From Amoebidium appalachense (lineage: Eukaryota > Protista > Ichthyosporea), in the NCBI GenBank assembly GCA_963693365.1, contig CAVNZM010000010.1, forward strand, positions 434,001 through 498,000: 64,000 nucleotides of DNA, in the 5' to 3' direction. This document shows, piece after piece, positions 37,592-51,474 of this stretch; position 1 is the first letter of the stretch; each line of letters opens with the position of its first letter. A model generated the notes under the pieces. That model was given only the letters and a program-made list of their open reading frames with translations, searched no databases and was not told the DNA's origin. A program made the position numbers and the translations under genes.

Positions 37592-37972
37592 ACCGAGTGT
37601 GGATGTCTGGAGGGATATAGGTTGAGAGCAAACTCAGTGTTCTTGGGGGCATGGCCATGGCGCACGTTTAAAGTGGTGTGGCGTGTTGTTTGGCGTAGGC
37701 CGTACATATCTGTACTCTCGTGATTTGTTACATGGCCAATGTGAAGCCTTCACACAATAAGGTACGGCAACTCATACACAGACATCCACACTCGGTTTAC
37801 CTGGGCCCATACACAACATGCCACAGTGAAAGACCTACCGAAATTTACCGTGCTTGATTTCATACTTGCTCCTAGAAAGCGAGTTTCTACTGTTCCCAAA
37901 GTGTATGGTTTACCTGGACAAAATGTAATCATCTCTACGTCAGCTGAATTAAGGGTGCTAAAAACAAAACGG

Positions 37973-38008
<36 letters not shown>

Positions 38009-38798
38009 ACACATGCAAAAAAGAAAAAAACCGTTATATCTCCGCATATGATGTATATCTGGTACGTTGTATCTCCGTAACCTATGATTTGTATGATATG
38101 AGGTGTGAAGTTGATTTTACAGTGCACACACACAACTGTGACCAAAAAAAAAGACAAAAAAAAAAAAAAAAAAAAAAACACCACCCACCCGGTGGTAGTG
38201 GATGTGAATGGGGGGTAGGTTCTTGCCACCCTAGCACAACCCCGCCCACGGCCCTCTGTGTTCAGAGGGCCGTGACCCCACCCCTCTCTTCTTCAGGCTC
38301 CGCCCTGCCCAGAGTACCGTACCAAAAGGAGAAGCAAAGAAAGCCTTGAAGGCCAGATTCATGTGCTCACAGCATAGTGCCTGAATTAGATCACATACAT
38401 TTTAATGGTAGTCGCACCTAGGCTCAGCCTGTTGGTCGTTTACACAACGTGAATCCCACTCTGTGTCTTCGGGGGGAGCCGATATTGCAGGCCCGCTGCA
38501 CGCACGGATTCTCCCCCCTGTGGCAAACGCCCTATACCTTCAAACCATACACACAACGAATGTAACAGTTCTTCCATGTGTACATAGACACATACACAAA
38601 AACATAAACAAAAGCATCCTATTCAGTTTTCGACGCCGGAGACGGTCCTCTTCCAGCGCCCTCCGCTAACTTTGAAAAATGGAACCCAGCCAGTCTGAGA
38701 ACCGTCTCCACTTAAACTTCATAACATCATGACACATTGGCAAGTATCATAGCCAAAATTAGAACCCATCTTAGTATTATAGCCAAGTAGAACCCCCC

Positions 38799-39040
38799 TC
38801 AATCATCGTCCGAAAACCCGCCCAAGTCGTCCAGGCTGCTTTCAGCCAGGTGAGTATAGAGCCGGTCCCACTCCTTGTACTGCTCGGGGCCCAAGTGTGG
38901 CCACAAAGTGTAATGTTGGGGGATATAGCTGGGCCAGATGTCTAGGTGCACATTGGCTGGCTTGACGTCCCACTCCACAGGCAGTGCCTTGTCCGGAAGC
39001 CAGCCCGAGGACCCGATGGCAAAGTTGAGGCTAAACTGCA
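38799..39040 (-). other. Possible terminal coding exon or fragment of an unknown protein
   Basis: Non-repetitive, protein-like frame (GWLPDKALPVEWDVKP..EWDRLYTHLAESSLDDLGGFSDDD*). No upstream exons or family recognised. Confidence 0.3.
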
Positions 39041-39208
39041 TGCGCAAACATGGCATGTTAACATAAAAAAAGTGACTGGAATATATTACAGATCATGGGT
39101 ACTTTGGAAAAAGGATCTATTATCTTAATTTTTCTGGGACCATAGCTTCATGTTCTTAAATTTCCCCGTCGGGGGCCAGGGGGGTGCGCAGGGGGAGGGG
39201 AAGGGGGG

Positions 39209-39249
<41 letters not shown>

Positions 39250-39293
39250 TGTTCTTAAAAATCCACCAGGGTTGGTAGGGTCTATCATCTTAT

Positions 39294-40129
39294 ATGCATA
39301 ATAAGCAGAGCCCATCCTCAGGGGGGGCCCACGTCATCCACAGTACCCGAGTTTCGACCTATTCACCTCGTTAACGAAACCCAACTCAGATACTGTTTCA
39401 CTTGAACATGGGTAGGTCACCCGTCTTGATCAGAGACGAGCAGGGTTGCTTATGCAGGCAAGGGCAGTGGGAAAGGCCGGGGGTTAAAGTTGCAGCAGTA
39501 AGCAGAAGCAAGAAAAATATAGATAGGAACTCAGGAGACGGGGCTTCTAGGAGCCCCCGTCGCTACCTAAGTCGATATACTTCCCTGGCTAACATACTAC
39601 ACCAGCTGAAAAGAATTAAGTCCCGAAGGCCGCAGAATTCGCAATCAGACGGGAAAATATGAGATTTGACCCACGCCGCAGGGTAGTAACACGCTTACTA
39701 GGGCGGAACTTCAACGTCTTTGAATGGAAAGCTATGCCCCCAGATGTCAGCCGGAAATATGGTATCACCCATCGCTTTGGGCTTGAAAAAAGCCAAATCG
39801 ATAGTCCGAGTTATGTTACGCCGGCGGGTAACATGCCGCATGGGTTCCAAGGGAGCTGTCGCCAACAGAGCGGTGTGTGCATGCGTGCGCGTAACGCATT
39901 GTTTTGAAGTGTGTCTACAGCTATGAGAGGGGGTATGCAGAAGTGGGCAGATGAAGTGTGTGGAGAGAAAAAAACAGTAGGAGGAAAAGTAGACACCGGT
40001 GTGTGCAACCCCGCACAACATACATACACACACACACACACACATAAATAAGCGAAGATTACAGGTAATTAACCAGAACAACAAATGACAAGCAAAACAA
40101 CAGGCGCCAAAAAAAATAAAAATAAAAGG

Positions 40130-40202
<73 letters not shown>

Positions 40203-40368
40203 TGGGGGGGGGAGGGGGAGGGGGGTCTTAGGGATGCTACAGAATCGTCGGAAGGGGGGGGGGGGGGGGGGGTTTGAATGCGTCAAAAAGTACGAAGTAC
40301 ACAAGAACAAACGGATAACACGATGCAGAATGCAAGCCATACATAAAGAGTATGCATAATAAGCAGAG

Positions 40369-40409
<41 letters not shown>

Positions 40410-40502
40410 GGGGGCAGGGGGAGGGGGCGATTTATGCTGCATATGTGTCACGGGGTAGGAAACATGGAGGAGACACAACAGGGCAATTCACACAACGGGA
40501 CG

Positions 40503-40535
<33 letters not shown>

Positions 40536-40898
40536 AGAAAAGAAAAGAAAAGAAAAACCCAACATCAAACAATATAAACGTGCACGCGGAAGGCACTTGA
40601 ACAGAGCCGATCAACGGGGGGGTTCCTATGCCTCCACAAAAGAATGGATTCGACACTTTGAGCTTTTGTGCTGAGCTTGCACGCACAGTTCGGGAGAAGG
40701 GGTTGGGAGGGGAGGGGACGTAGGGGGCAGGGGCAGGGGCGCCGGGGGGGCGGGGGAGGGGGGGGGGGTTTGAATGCGGAACACGGTACGAAGTACGCAT
40801 ACACGACGAGAAGCATGGTGCAGGACACATGCAAAGGCAAACATTCAAGTATGCAACATCAGCCATGTGCACAGTATGCGTCATAAGCAGAGCCCATC
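39294..40898 (-). mobile_element. Stack of Penelope-like pieces: B tail (40769-40898), C partial (~40565-40660), A tail (40272-40368), A body (39294-40250)
   Basis: Direct sequence matches to 27991-28118, 30030-30100, 32842-32936 and 31811-32857. The A body is slightly diverged from the other two copies. Confidence 0.85.
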
Positions 40899-42208
40899 GG
40901 GTAGCTCATGTCGAACAGAGCTACAAGCTACCTGGAAAAACTCAACGGGGTCCTGGCCGTTAACTGACTCGATGGGTTTTCCAAAATGTTCCGTGGGTAC
41001 TAACGCCTCGGAGCCGATACCGTTTTTTGCGAACAACTTTGTGTAAGGGTTGCTGTTGAGCACAAGGACTTGCTCGTCGTCAACCATCTTGGAATCGATC
41101 CTGGGCAGCGAGAAGACTTCGTAAAGGTTGTGAACAGAACCCTACTCAAAGCTTTCTACTCTAAAAAACATAACCTTTCCAACCGTGTGGCCATCTCTAC
41201 TGGACAATTTTTCAGCTGCATTTATGCGATTGCCCAAAATTGTTCCCTGCCATCAATCCCTATTGGCCAGAACCCATTGAGGTATAATTCTAATAGCCTT
41301 CATTCTTCCAGGTTCTCGTTCCCCCCAAGCTTGGCCATTTGGCACACTATTTTCAAATCCGTTGCCATTCATAGATCACTCACTCTACGTGCTATGATGT
41401 GGGTGATGAAGTCAACGGTTACACATCACTGGCAACTCCGTCTAACACCATCTGATCTCATCACTCCGAAACACTTAGTTTTCACAACTGAGAGGTATGC
41501 AACACCCCACTCGCAGAGGGCAACACAGAAACGGGATGCACAAGCAAAGATTAGCTAGATCCAGGGAAGAAACCAAGTGTAAACGTATGTGGGATATGCC
41601 CGTGAACTGGGACTAGTTTCCATGCAGGATTACGCGCCTGAAGGGAAGAACGATGGGGAAGCTCAAAGGTGGAATGTTGTATACTGTGTGTGCATCGCTG
41701 AAGCTGGAAAAGAGCTTGGTGATGGCGTGGTGGTACTCGAACCCAGACACCCATTCCGTTTCGTTTATCTTCCTGAGGCCCTCCTCCAAGTTAACGGTTC
41801 TCTTATGAACCGTCCAGGTTGAATCTTGAACTTCAACTTCGCTCAGGAATCCGGGCGTGTTGGTTGAATTCTCGACGATGCTTGCCTATCCGTAGAAGCT
41901 GGAAAGTGTGCAACTGCTTCAGGTTGTATTCCCGTAGGACTTTCGGTGGTGCTGGGATAGCTCGGATGCATGGAATCGTATCGTTCAGGCGACCGAGAAT
42001 GAGATCCTTGCCCGTTGTGATGGGAAGGATAACTTCTTTTGGTCCAGGCACGTGTCGTTGGATTTCGCCGTTCCGTTTTGTGGTTTTACGCCGTTAGATG
42101 GCAGGTGTGCTGCCGGCGCTGTGACGGGACTCGAGGCCACAAGAGCGATCCAGTGGCTGGAAAAAAGGTGCAAAGCACCAAGGCTTTCAATACACCAGAC
42201 AACGACAT
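40899..42208 (-). pseudogene. S41-family peptidase-like pseudogene, N-terminal part
   Basis: Signal-like MSLSGVLKALVLCTFF; DTIPCIRAIP; VNLEEGLRKINETEWVSGFEYHHAITKLFSSFSDAHTVYNIPP; IESVNGQDPVEFFQ. These resemble eukaryotic S41 peptidase N-termini. It has internal stops and frameshifts and is cut at a Penelope-like fragment. Confidence 0.5.
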
Positions 42209-42790
42209 GGTTGCTGAAATGAATTCAGCAAGGATGAACGGGTGACTTGTGAAAAGCCCACAACAGATGGAAACAGAGCTTGGCGAACGAGTCCCTGTGG
42301 GCCTGCTTGCCTCGATGTGGCCGTGGAAAATGCAAAAGGGGCCATTTTATACAGTGTCTCCGCAGCACAAGTATACTACTGTTCGACTCAGAAGTTCTGG
42401 TACTCCACAACGAGCTCCGTTTGTTTTGTTCGCCAGCAAATTTAAAGTGTACAATAAGGCCGCGTCTGCCTGGCAGCATGCATAACAGGGGTTGCTACAA
42501 ATGCATGGGAAAGCAGAAAGATATTTCCGAATTTCTTATTCTTTGTAGTAGGGGTTTCTTTTGCATCGGCGCCTACTGAGATTGGACCCCAAAATGTAAA
42601 TATCAAAACTTTAATAAATTAGTAAGTCCTGCATTCCGCTAGAAATCACACCGGACACGAGGCTCCGCCTGTTTTTCTGTGAAAAGACAATTTATAACTT
42701 ATACTTGCTATTATAAATCAGGAAGAAAAACCGGAATTGACTTATAAACCTGTTGCCACGAATGACATACGGCACCTCACAGCACTATTC

Positions 42791-43212
42791 GTATTTTCTT
42801 TTTTTTTATAATGACTTTATTGATATGCTCAGCAAAATAGAAGCCATCGAGATATCCCCGATATCTCGGAGAAGAAACTTTACAAAAGCCCTCACTCTTG
42901 GATACGGAGGAGATAACGACTCAATTCATATTAGGTCACTACCTTTATTGAGGTTTTTTTTTGTTGTGGCAGCCGAGATATCAACTTATCGTTTTCACTC
43001 CTGCGTGTTTATTTGTATTTTTATACCTTTGGTCGACGTCCGTATTCCAGTGAGCCTACTTCTCATTTGAGTGACTCGAAAATCGTCTACCGAGATATCT
43101 GGGATATCTCTTTTTCGTGTCCTTCGAACATATGAGCACATCAATAAAGTCATTATAAAAAATAATAATAATAATACACCCTAGAAAACTCGTTAAACAT
43201 ACCGTGGTTCAA
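42791..43212. mobile_element. MITE-like dispersed repeat with inverted ends
   Basis: TTATAATGACTTTATTGATATGCTCA ... TGAGCACATCAATAAAGTCATTATAA, with internal GAGATATC-n3-GATATCTC palindromes. A relative lies at 20861. Confidence 0.65.
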
Positions 43213-43266
43213 CAGATAGTCAATAGACGTAATATCAGGATTATCTAGTTAAGCCAGTCTTCCAAT

Positions 43267-43599
43267 TTATAACGGAATAATCTGAGATAAATAAATACAT
43301 CTATCTAAGTGTTTACGAGAAAAAGGTTCTGCACAAAAGTGGCACAAACATTTATGGAAACAAAGGTTACAGCGCCAAAATAAACATTTCCAAGCTTTAT
43401 CACAAGGAGGGGTTAGAATTGCAAAATCGGTAAGTGTGGTAGGTTTACGAGAGGAAGGATAAATATAAGTAGCTAATTTACACAACGATTGTAAAGAAAA
43501 TAGACGAGTCTCTAATATAAAAAGAAGCACAGGCTCAAGAGCCCTACCATGATACTCTTTATCACAACGATGAGCAAAGGATATTGAGTATGAAACCAA
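43267..43599 (-). mobile_element. LINE ORF2 C-terminal remnant
   Basis: FWRCN..CHFCAEPFSRKHLDRC, a CCHC-type terminus. Confidence 0.6.
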
Positions 43600-43639
43600 G
43601 TAACTTACTGCTGATAACCAGGTTGTAGTTCGGTTATTT

Positions 43640-44598
43640 AGGGATGCGTATCTTGCTACTCTTTCTCATACTGTCCACCTATACAATCGTCTTAGTATAT
43701 TTCGCACTTAATATATTCGCCCTTTGTCTGAATACGGGTTGCCCTTACTAGCTATTGCACCCCCTGATACTGTTACTAATGTCCTCAAATCATTAGATGA
43801 TTTCCACTATACATAACTTGTTGTACGTTTCTCACTTGTCTTTCCACACCTATCCCTAGACGCCCTTTTGATTCTCTCTACGCACTCACACCACCATCAC
43901 AACGTGTACACGAATTAGCCCTTAAATTTCACGAGCACATCACCCGCCTGTCCGCTTGTGCCCCGGACCACCCGCTCTTTCGGCTACACGCATCCCCGCC
44001 GGACTCACCCCTCTACCTCTTCCCTTCCCCATCGTCTCTGCTCATTGCCGAGCGTTATGTGAAATGGCAGCTGGCGACCCCACCGGAGGTACGGCTAGAT
44101 CATAGTTTGAATATGCCATATAGTTTCAAGTCTATGGCTGATAGATATCTTTTTACTCTACGTACGTTGACAAGTCCCTTCCGGTGTTAGGACCGCAAAA
44201 ACACCAACTACTAGTAGCCTATATGGCGGATACGGTTAGAGAGTCTCGTTCATACATAGATTCGTTTATTCGCAATGTGGTGTGGTGTAAAAACGCAAAG
44301 ATGATTATGGATTGGCGGTGTAATCGGTTTCTGGTGTCTCCTGCTCGTATGTGTAATGTGTGGGGGGCGGTTTACTCGTGGCTGCATATCTAGCAATAAG
44401 TGCAACCTGTTAGCTAACGTATTAGAACCGGAGGTTAATGGCGGTTTTCTTCTCTTTTCTTCCTCTCTTCCTCAATATATCCGCTTTAAGATGACTATCC
44501 TAGATCACCTTATTAATGCTGCACAGTATGATATTGTGATCCGGTGCCTTAACTTTCTTTCGGAGCTACCGATGCACATAGCCTCTGCTTACCCATAA
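43640..44598 (+). mobile_element. Degenerate LINE ORF2 3' region
   Basis: RLSIFRT*YIRPLSEYGLPLL and DWRCNRF..MCNV/CGGRFTRGC..C; stops and frameshifts. Confidence 0.65.
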
Positions 44599-45086
44599 TA
44601 TGTAATAGGGGTGTCATATACTACGATGGCGCTCATTGTTGCCTAGCATGTACATATGTCACTAGCGGCTGCATTTGATTGGCTGCGCTGGAAAACGCAG
44701 TAGGCCGTCGAATGTGGCTGGGCCTCCGGCAGTGTCCACGCAATAAAAAGTGTGTAAACCCCTTCTTTTGACTCGGTTTTATTGATCCGTTGATGAAGGC
44801 AACGTGCAGCCACAGGCTACATAACCACCAATAGAACTGAAAAAGCCAAAGCTACGAAATAAAAATAAAGCGACAAGTGACAAAGGACACCAGCGGGCAA
44901 AACCTTAAGTGTACCGTATATGCGTGAAACTAGTTTGCTCCAACTAGTCATATGCATCGATGTTGACCAGACCACACTCCGCAACAAGACATCATTACTG
45001 CTGCTTCCCAACAGGCCCCCCTCAAAACCTACCGAGGCACAGCAAGCAAGTCAGCCTCTAAAAGAGCAATGCAGACCAAATCTGAG

Positions 45087-45726
45087 CTAAAAAACAATCC
45101 CAACGGGCCCAGCCCCTAGATAACCCGGGGAAACTGCCAGTGCATCTAGCTGTGTAAACCCCCTAGTAGAAGAGAAAAATAAAGGAGATAAGTATTTAAA
45201 AGGATATCTCGGAATGGGCGAGAGATTGGGGATAGGACATCTCGCACGAACATTAGAAATGCCGGGAACAGGTGCTAAAGAAGGAAAGAATTGCAACAAA
45301 GGAAGGAAGCCTAACCAAATGAAAAAAAAAAAGCGAAGTCCTAATTCATTCATACGCTGGCGCGCCGGAGGGAGACCAAAAACACTCAGCAAGGGAGCCG
45401 CCAAAGGATGCCCTACGCGAGGTTCGAGAAATTTGGATGAATTCACGCTGAAAGGAATCGAATTCCCGAAGAGCCGCGCGCTGTTGCCGTGGAGGGGCAC
45501 ACAAGAGTAACGGGAGGCCATATTCGAAACATGGACGAAGAAAAACTTTATAAAGAGTGAACAAATTGGCAGGATGAATATTAGAGATATTTGCGATTAT
45601 TCCTTGATAGATATGTAAGCGACCACGCGCACGAGAAATGCGCGAAGTCGTATTTCCCCCCGTTGCTTTTGTAAATACGCCGTCGGACACTGGCAGTTTT
45701 GGAAGTTGATTGCAGCCCTGTAGCAT
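45087..45726 (-). mobile_element. Degenerate LINE ORF2 fragment (post-RT region)
   Basis: TLYKVFLRPCFEYGLPLL, homologous to the fragment at 43700-43750. Confidence 0.7.
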
Positions 45727-46337
45727 GATCTAGCTGTCCGCCTTCAAATGACTGGTGGATCTACAAAGTGCTATTCAACAGCCTACTGAGTCAGTAATCC
45801 TTCATCCGTCAGTGCATGCGCATGTTGCCAGTGGCCACATGCATGTACTACAACTCAGTTGGTCGGACATCCGTACTGCAGTAGCCCCCGTAGGACTGCT
45901 TCCAAACGGTTTACTTTACTTCATGAACAATGCAGGGCCTAGGCGCGCACGCTCATGCTGTGCGTGTGTGCGTGTGTACGTGCACGTGTGTGCGTGTGTG
46001 CGTGTGTGCGTGTGCGTGCACGTGAGGGGCCGTGTGTGTGGCACGGTGCGCTGCCCTCCCCCGGCCCCACCCAGCCCCCCCCCCCCCCCCCCCCCCCCCG
46101 GCCCGGAGTCCCCCCCTTAATCCTCCTATCACCCCCCCCGGTCCCCCTAGCCCCCTCGCCCCCACCTTCCCCCCTCCCCCCACCCCACCCACCCCCTCCC
46201 TTAGGGCCCTTAAGCTTCCCCTGAGGTATATCTAGAGCTGAGAGAGAGAGAGAGAGCTCTAGAGAGATCTATGTGTCGAGAGAGAGAGAGAGCTCTAGAG
46301 AGAGCTCTAGGAAGAGAGAGAGCTCTAGAGAGAGCTC

Positions 46338-46469
<132 letters not shown>

Positions 46470-46482
46470 GGGGGAGAGGAGA

Positions 46483-46545
<63 letters not shown>

Positions 46546-46628
46546 CCTCGGAGGCCTAGCTATAGGGAGGGAGAGAGGGATATCGATACCGGACCGAACG
46601 AGGCGATCGAGACTCAGCGAGTTGGATA

Positions 46629-46856
46629 TCGTCCGCGAATAAGAACCTCCGCCAATAAGATTTCGCCCCCGGCAAAATCGGGTTTTTTTAAGATTCTGCC
46701 CCCCGGCCAGTTTTCCGGGTGATCTTAATGGTGGGCGGATGAATAAATGGCATACTGAATGGGGCTCCCACCATTAAGATTGTGACCCCGACCCCCCCAA
46801 AAAATTTAAGATTCTGCCACCCGGCCACATTTTGGGCGGTTCTTATTCGCGGACGG
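46629..46856. mobile_element. Tc1/mariner-type MITE with TA target-site duplication
   Basis: TA-TCGTCCGCGAATAAGAACC ... GGTTCTTATTCGCGGACGG-TA, with internal TAAGATT repeats. Confidence 0.75.
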
Positions 46857-46864
46857 TATCTGTA

Positions 46865-46895
<31 letters not shown>

Positions 46896-47778
46896 GAGAG
46901 AGAGAGAGAGAGGGAGAGAGCTTATATATAGATATGGGGACGTGGCCGGGTGTTAAAACTGCACACGCTTCCTCGACAGGGCTTTCTGGTATCATATAGA
47001 CATAGCTATGTAAATGTTTTCTCTCTCCTCTCTCTAATTTTTTTTCAGAAAATCTTGGTGCGCGATAAACCAATCGGACAAAATCAGTGACGTCAGAGCT
47101 CTAAGTGACGTCACCATCACTGCACTGGTGAGAGCAAGAGGGGCCCAGGCAAGTTGAATATTTGAGTTTCTGTACTCAGATCCATGTGTATGTATGGCCG
47201 TATCACGAAAAATAAACAATATAAAACTCGTTGGTAAACCACAAGTGTGATTTTTTTTGCCCAGATGTTGGATAATAAACATACAGTTCGCTTCCTAACA
47301 ACGAGTGGCGGAAAGAGCACCACAGATCCCCTTGCGGATTTCAGCTTTTCAGATCTGTTTTTTTATTGGGTGATTAGAGTTCCAATGGACTAGTGGTCTA
47401 ATTACAATGTAGCACCCGCAGGTGACAGCACTTTGGAAAACATGCATATTTTAGAAAGCATAATTATATTGAATACTTTATAGAACTATGCGGAAAGCCA
47501 GCCTACTATCTTCGTGTTGTAATTCTGACTCTGCTAGCTATCAAAAAGTGTTATGATATCTCCCCTTTAATCAGTTTGTTGTTAGGAAGCGAACTGTATG
47601 TTTATTATCCAATCAGCTACGTATCACGCATCAACTAGACGCCCTCTAACAAACTGGCAGACTGAGCAGCATCCAGCTTCACCTTCTGACGCTCATTCTC
47701 ATCTTGGACTACAGTATAGCAGCATATATAACTTACCAATATTGGTTTTCAAGTATCACCTAAGAACAAGAGTTGGAG

Positions 47779-49953
47779 ATGTTGCTCGAAACAGCCACTC
47801 TTGTTGCCACAGCAAGCATCGCTGCCTATGGCTACAAGAAGCTCTACGACATGATCACCCAGGCACCCGAGCATGGAGGTGTGTATGTGTGTGTGTATGT
47901 GCATGTGCGTGTGTGTATATTTTCGTACGCTTATATTTATATGCGATTGCGGTGTGTTTACGTCGATCACCTTCCCCAAGCGCTTTCATGCAAACCATAC
48001 GTATACTGGGAGTGTGCATGTGAGTTTTTGCTGTGTGGATCCCGGTGAGCCGCGGGCAGTGCGGCGTGTACCCTGCAGGTGGCGTGCATGTCTGTCAGTT
48101 GCATCCAAAAGAACGCTTGAATGTGGGCGAGATAATAGAGATGGAAGATAAAGGTTGTTTGGGGGGAGGGATGCGGGGATGGACCTGTGTTCTCTTGGGT
48201 GATAGACTGTCAAAGTTTATGTTCTTGCTTTGTAATGATTTATGATGAGGCTTGGTTTAAAGGACGGTGGAATGGTAGTCATAAACGAGAACGAGATTTC
48301 GTACGCGTATTCACAGAGCTTTTTAGCTGTTAGTGCATGTCAGCGCATACACGTCAGAACAGGAAAACACCTACTTTTGTGAACATTGTCGTGTGTTAAT
48401 GCAACTACAGTTGCCGTCCGCCATTAAGAACCCCCCCCCCAAAACCGTGGTCGCGGTGCATATTCTTAAAGTTTCAAGCAGGGTCGCTATCATATTCTTA
48501 AATGGCACGGGACCCCGGCCCCGCAGGGGGAAGGGGGGGGGGGGGGGGGGGGAAGGGAGCAGGGGGGGGGGGGGGGGGGGGGCGGGACGGAGGCGACTCG
48601 GCGACATGGGGAGGGGAGGGTTGGTGTGTGTGTGTAGAGGAGGGGAAGGGGGGGGGAGGGGAGGGGGGCCGGGGGGTTCGTGATTATGCAAGCGCATGAT
48701 CCAGCAAAGAAAGTTTATGGGTCAGTCCGCCATTAAGAGTATTCCAAAATCTGGCTGCGGTGCATATTCTTCAAAAAAACCGGACTTGGCCGCTAGCGTA
48801 TTCTTATTGGCGGGTATTCTTAATGGTGGACTGTATCTGTATTTTTCTGTGCATGTGGTGGCGTGCATGCACGTTCATGTGCAAGATCAAATAACCCTAG
48901 CCGGCCCTGGTCGGCCCACCTTCCCCACAGTCCGGATCCCATTTCAGCATACCACCGAGCAAACAAAGCAATATTGTGTTCCGGTTTTAAACCTTCTTTT
49001 ATTCGTGTATTATATTTTTGCTCGAGAAGTGTGCCCCATGGCAGAGTATTGGTTCACAGTCTAGCCTCACACACACACACATGCCAAACACACCAACACA
49101 CGCACACGCACACACAGCCACATGCACGGATGCACACACACACACACAAACACAAGACACACATACAGACAAACACCGTACACACACACGGTGTACAGAT
49201 GCATGTACACACACACAAGAACACACCGTGCACATGCGCACACACACCCCGCCCCCCCCCCCCCCCTCCCCCCCCCCCCCCCCCCCCCACACACACACAC
49301 GCACACACACACATACAGACACGCACACACACACACACACATAAACTTGAGCGCACAATCACACGCACGCGCATACACAGAAATCCGAAGTCTCATTCAC
49401 CTTCTCCCTCCTACAGGGCAACCGTGGACCAAAGGCGAACTGCCTGATGCCGTAAAACTGGAATATCTCACAGAGGCGGAAATTCAGCGAATTCAGTATA
49501 TCCAAACGCAGGAAAAATACTTTCAGGCAGTGCAGACGGAGGGATTTCCGAGGGAAGAACTTGCAAAGGGGCTGTTTACGATGGCTGTGTTGATAATACC
49601 GAGGACGGACTATGTAAACTTAGAGGTATGTGCGAACGGGGGTTTATAATGTTTACTCGAGCATCCGGTATGTGGGCGGGGGGGGGGGGGGGGGAGGGGG
49701 GGGGGGGGGGGGGCTCTGTTTATCCCCGCAGAGTTATATCAGGTACATGGAGGTCTGATGATAATAATATATCAAGCTTTCTTCCTCATAAAATGCACAT
49801 AAAGAGGAAATTTACCGGTTTCCCGTTTTTTTAATTCCTTTTTGGTCTCATTATCGAATATGGTTAGGTGGAGGCAACATATGGGGAGTGTATGTAGGAA
49901 AGGGGGTTGTGAGTTCAGCGTGGGGAGGTGGAGGGGTAGGAAAAGGGGCCGCG

Positions 49954-49993
<40 letters not shown>

Positions 49994-50193
49994 GGGGGGT
50001 CTTTATAGGGTCTATACTCCGGACGTGCGCACACTCCTTTCTCAACCCCGGAAATCTGTCCCGCTAAAAACGAGGAGGAAGAAAGTCAGAAAAAGAGGGG
50101 TATTGTGTGTTATTGGGGGCCAACGGGCGAGTTGCGGAGAAGGATAGTATTCTTTTCTTTCCTTTTTCTTTTTCTTTTTCTTTTTTCTTTCTT

Positions 50194-50268
<75 letters not shown>

Positions 50269-50848
50269 AATGAATGTGTATGTGTGTGTGTGTGTGTTGG
50301 GGAGGGGGGAGGGGGGAGGGGGGGAGGGGGGATTGCACGGTAGGGGGAGGGGGGAAGGGGGGGGGGGGGGGGGGGGGGGGGGGATTTTACTTAAGGAAGC
50401 TGAGCCGCAATTCGGATGTGCGATTCGCTGTTTATTTTGCCTAAGGGCAAAGCCACCATCTCATCCCACTAATTCCTGTCGACCCCCCCCCCCCCCCCCC
50501 TCCTCCCCCCCCCCCTTCTGCCCCCTCTTTCTCTCATCCCCCTCTCTTTGCCCACATCCATTGGACAGATCAACTTCTTGACCAAACTGCAAAAGAGCGG
50601 CATGATCGACGTGTCAGCAATCGAACCAATCAAACAAGAGATCGAGGAGATCCAGTCTGAAATTTCCGCGATTAGGCAGGAGGCCGCCCGTCTGCGGCCC
50701 GGTTGGGAGGGCTCGATTTTTCAGGAGGCGATGGAATTTAGGGAGCAGCAGAAGAAACAGGCCGAGCAGCATGTGTGTTATCCCCTCCCCCATAGCGTTT
50801 TTGAACCTACCTCAAATGAAGGGGGTTTGAGGGGATCTCAAGGGGGAA

Positions 50849-50936
<88 letters not shown>

Positions 50937-51158
50937 AGGTGGGGAGGGAGGGAGGGGGGAGGAGGGAGGGGAATATCATGATGGATTGACTCTTTCAATT
51001 GCCTGGCATCTTATTTCAAGGCGATGTTGCATTAGCCGCCACATATGCTCACCTTGCACCACCCCGGCTTCCTTTCCTGCCAATAACACAAAAACTTGCA
51101 CAGATGCCTGTGCACTGACGACCATTATTAACAACACCCCACCCCCCCCCCCCCCTTC

Positions 51159-51193
<35 letters not shown>

Positions 51194-51217
51194 ACACACA
51201 CACACATGTACCCCACA

Positions 51218-51309
<92 letters not shown>

Positions 51310-51474
51310 ACGCACACACACACACAGGCCATGCAGATGATGCAACAGCAAATGATGGCGCAAAAGGCCGCCGCCCAAAAAGCCACCCAGCAAACAACCG
51401 ATCAAAGCTCAGATGACGAAGATCTACCCAGCCTGGTGGCCCATGATGGAAATATGTCGGACCCGGAGCTATAA
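47779..51474 (+). CDS. Sec66/Sec71-like ER translocation subunit, 4 exons, 219 aa
   Basis: Exons 47779-47878, 49417-49625, 50569-50772 and 51328-51474 are GT-AG and in phase. N-terminal hydrophobic anchor. EISAIRQEAARLRPGWEGSIFQEAMEF resembles the Sec66 EA..L.PGW...IF..A.E signature. Confidence 0.7.
48414..48833. mobile_element. MITE related to 46629-46856, in Sec66-like intron 1
   Basis: CCGTCCGCCATTAAGAAC, and an internal CAGTCCGCCATTAAGAG at ~48723, face ATTCTTAATGGTGGACTG-TA. Confidence 0.6.
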
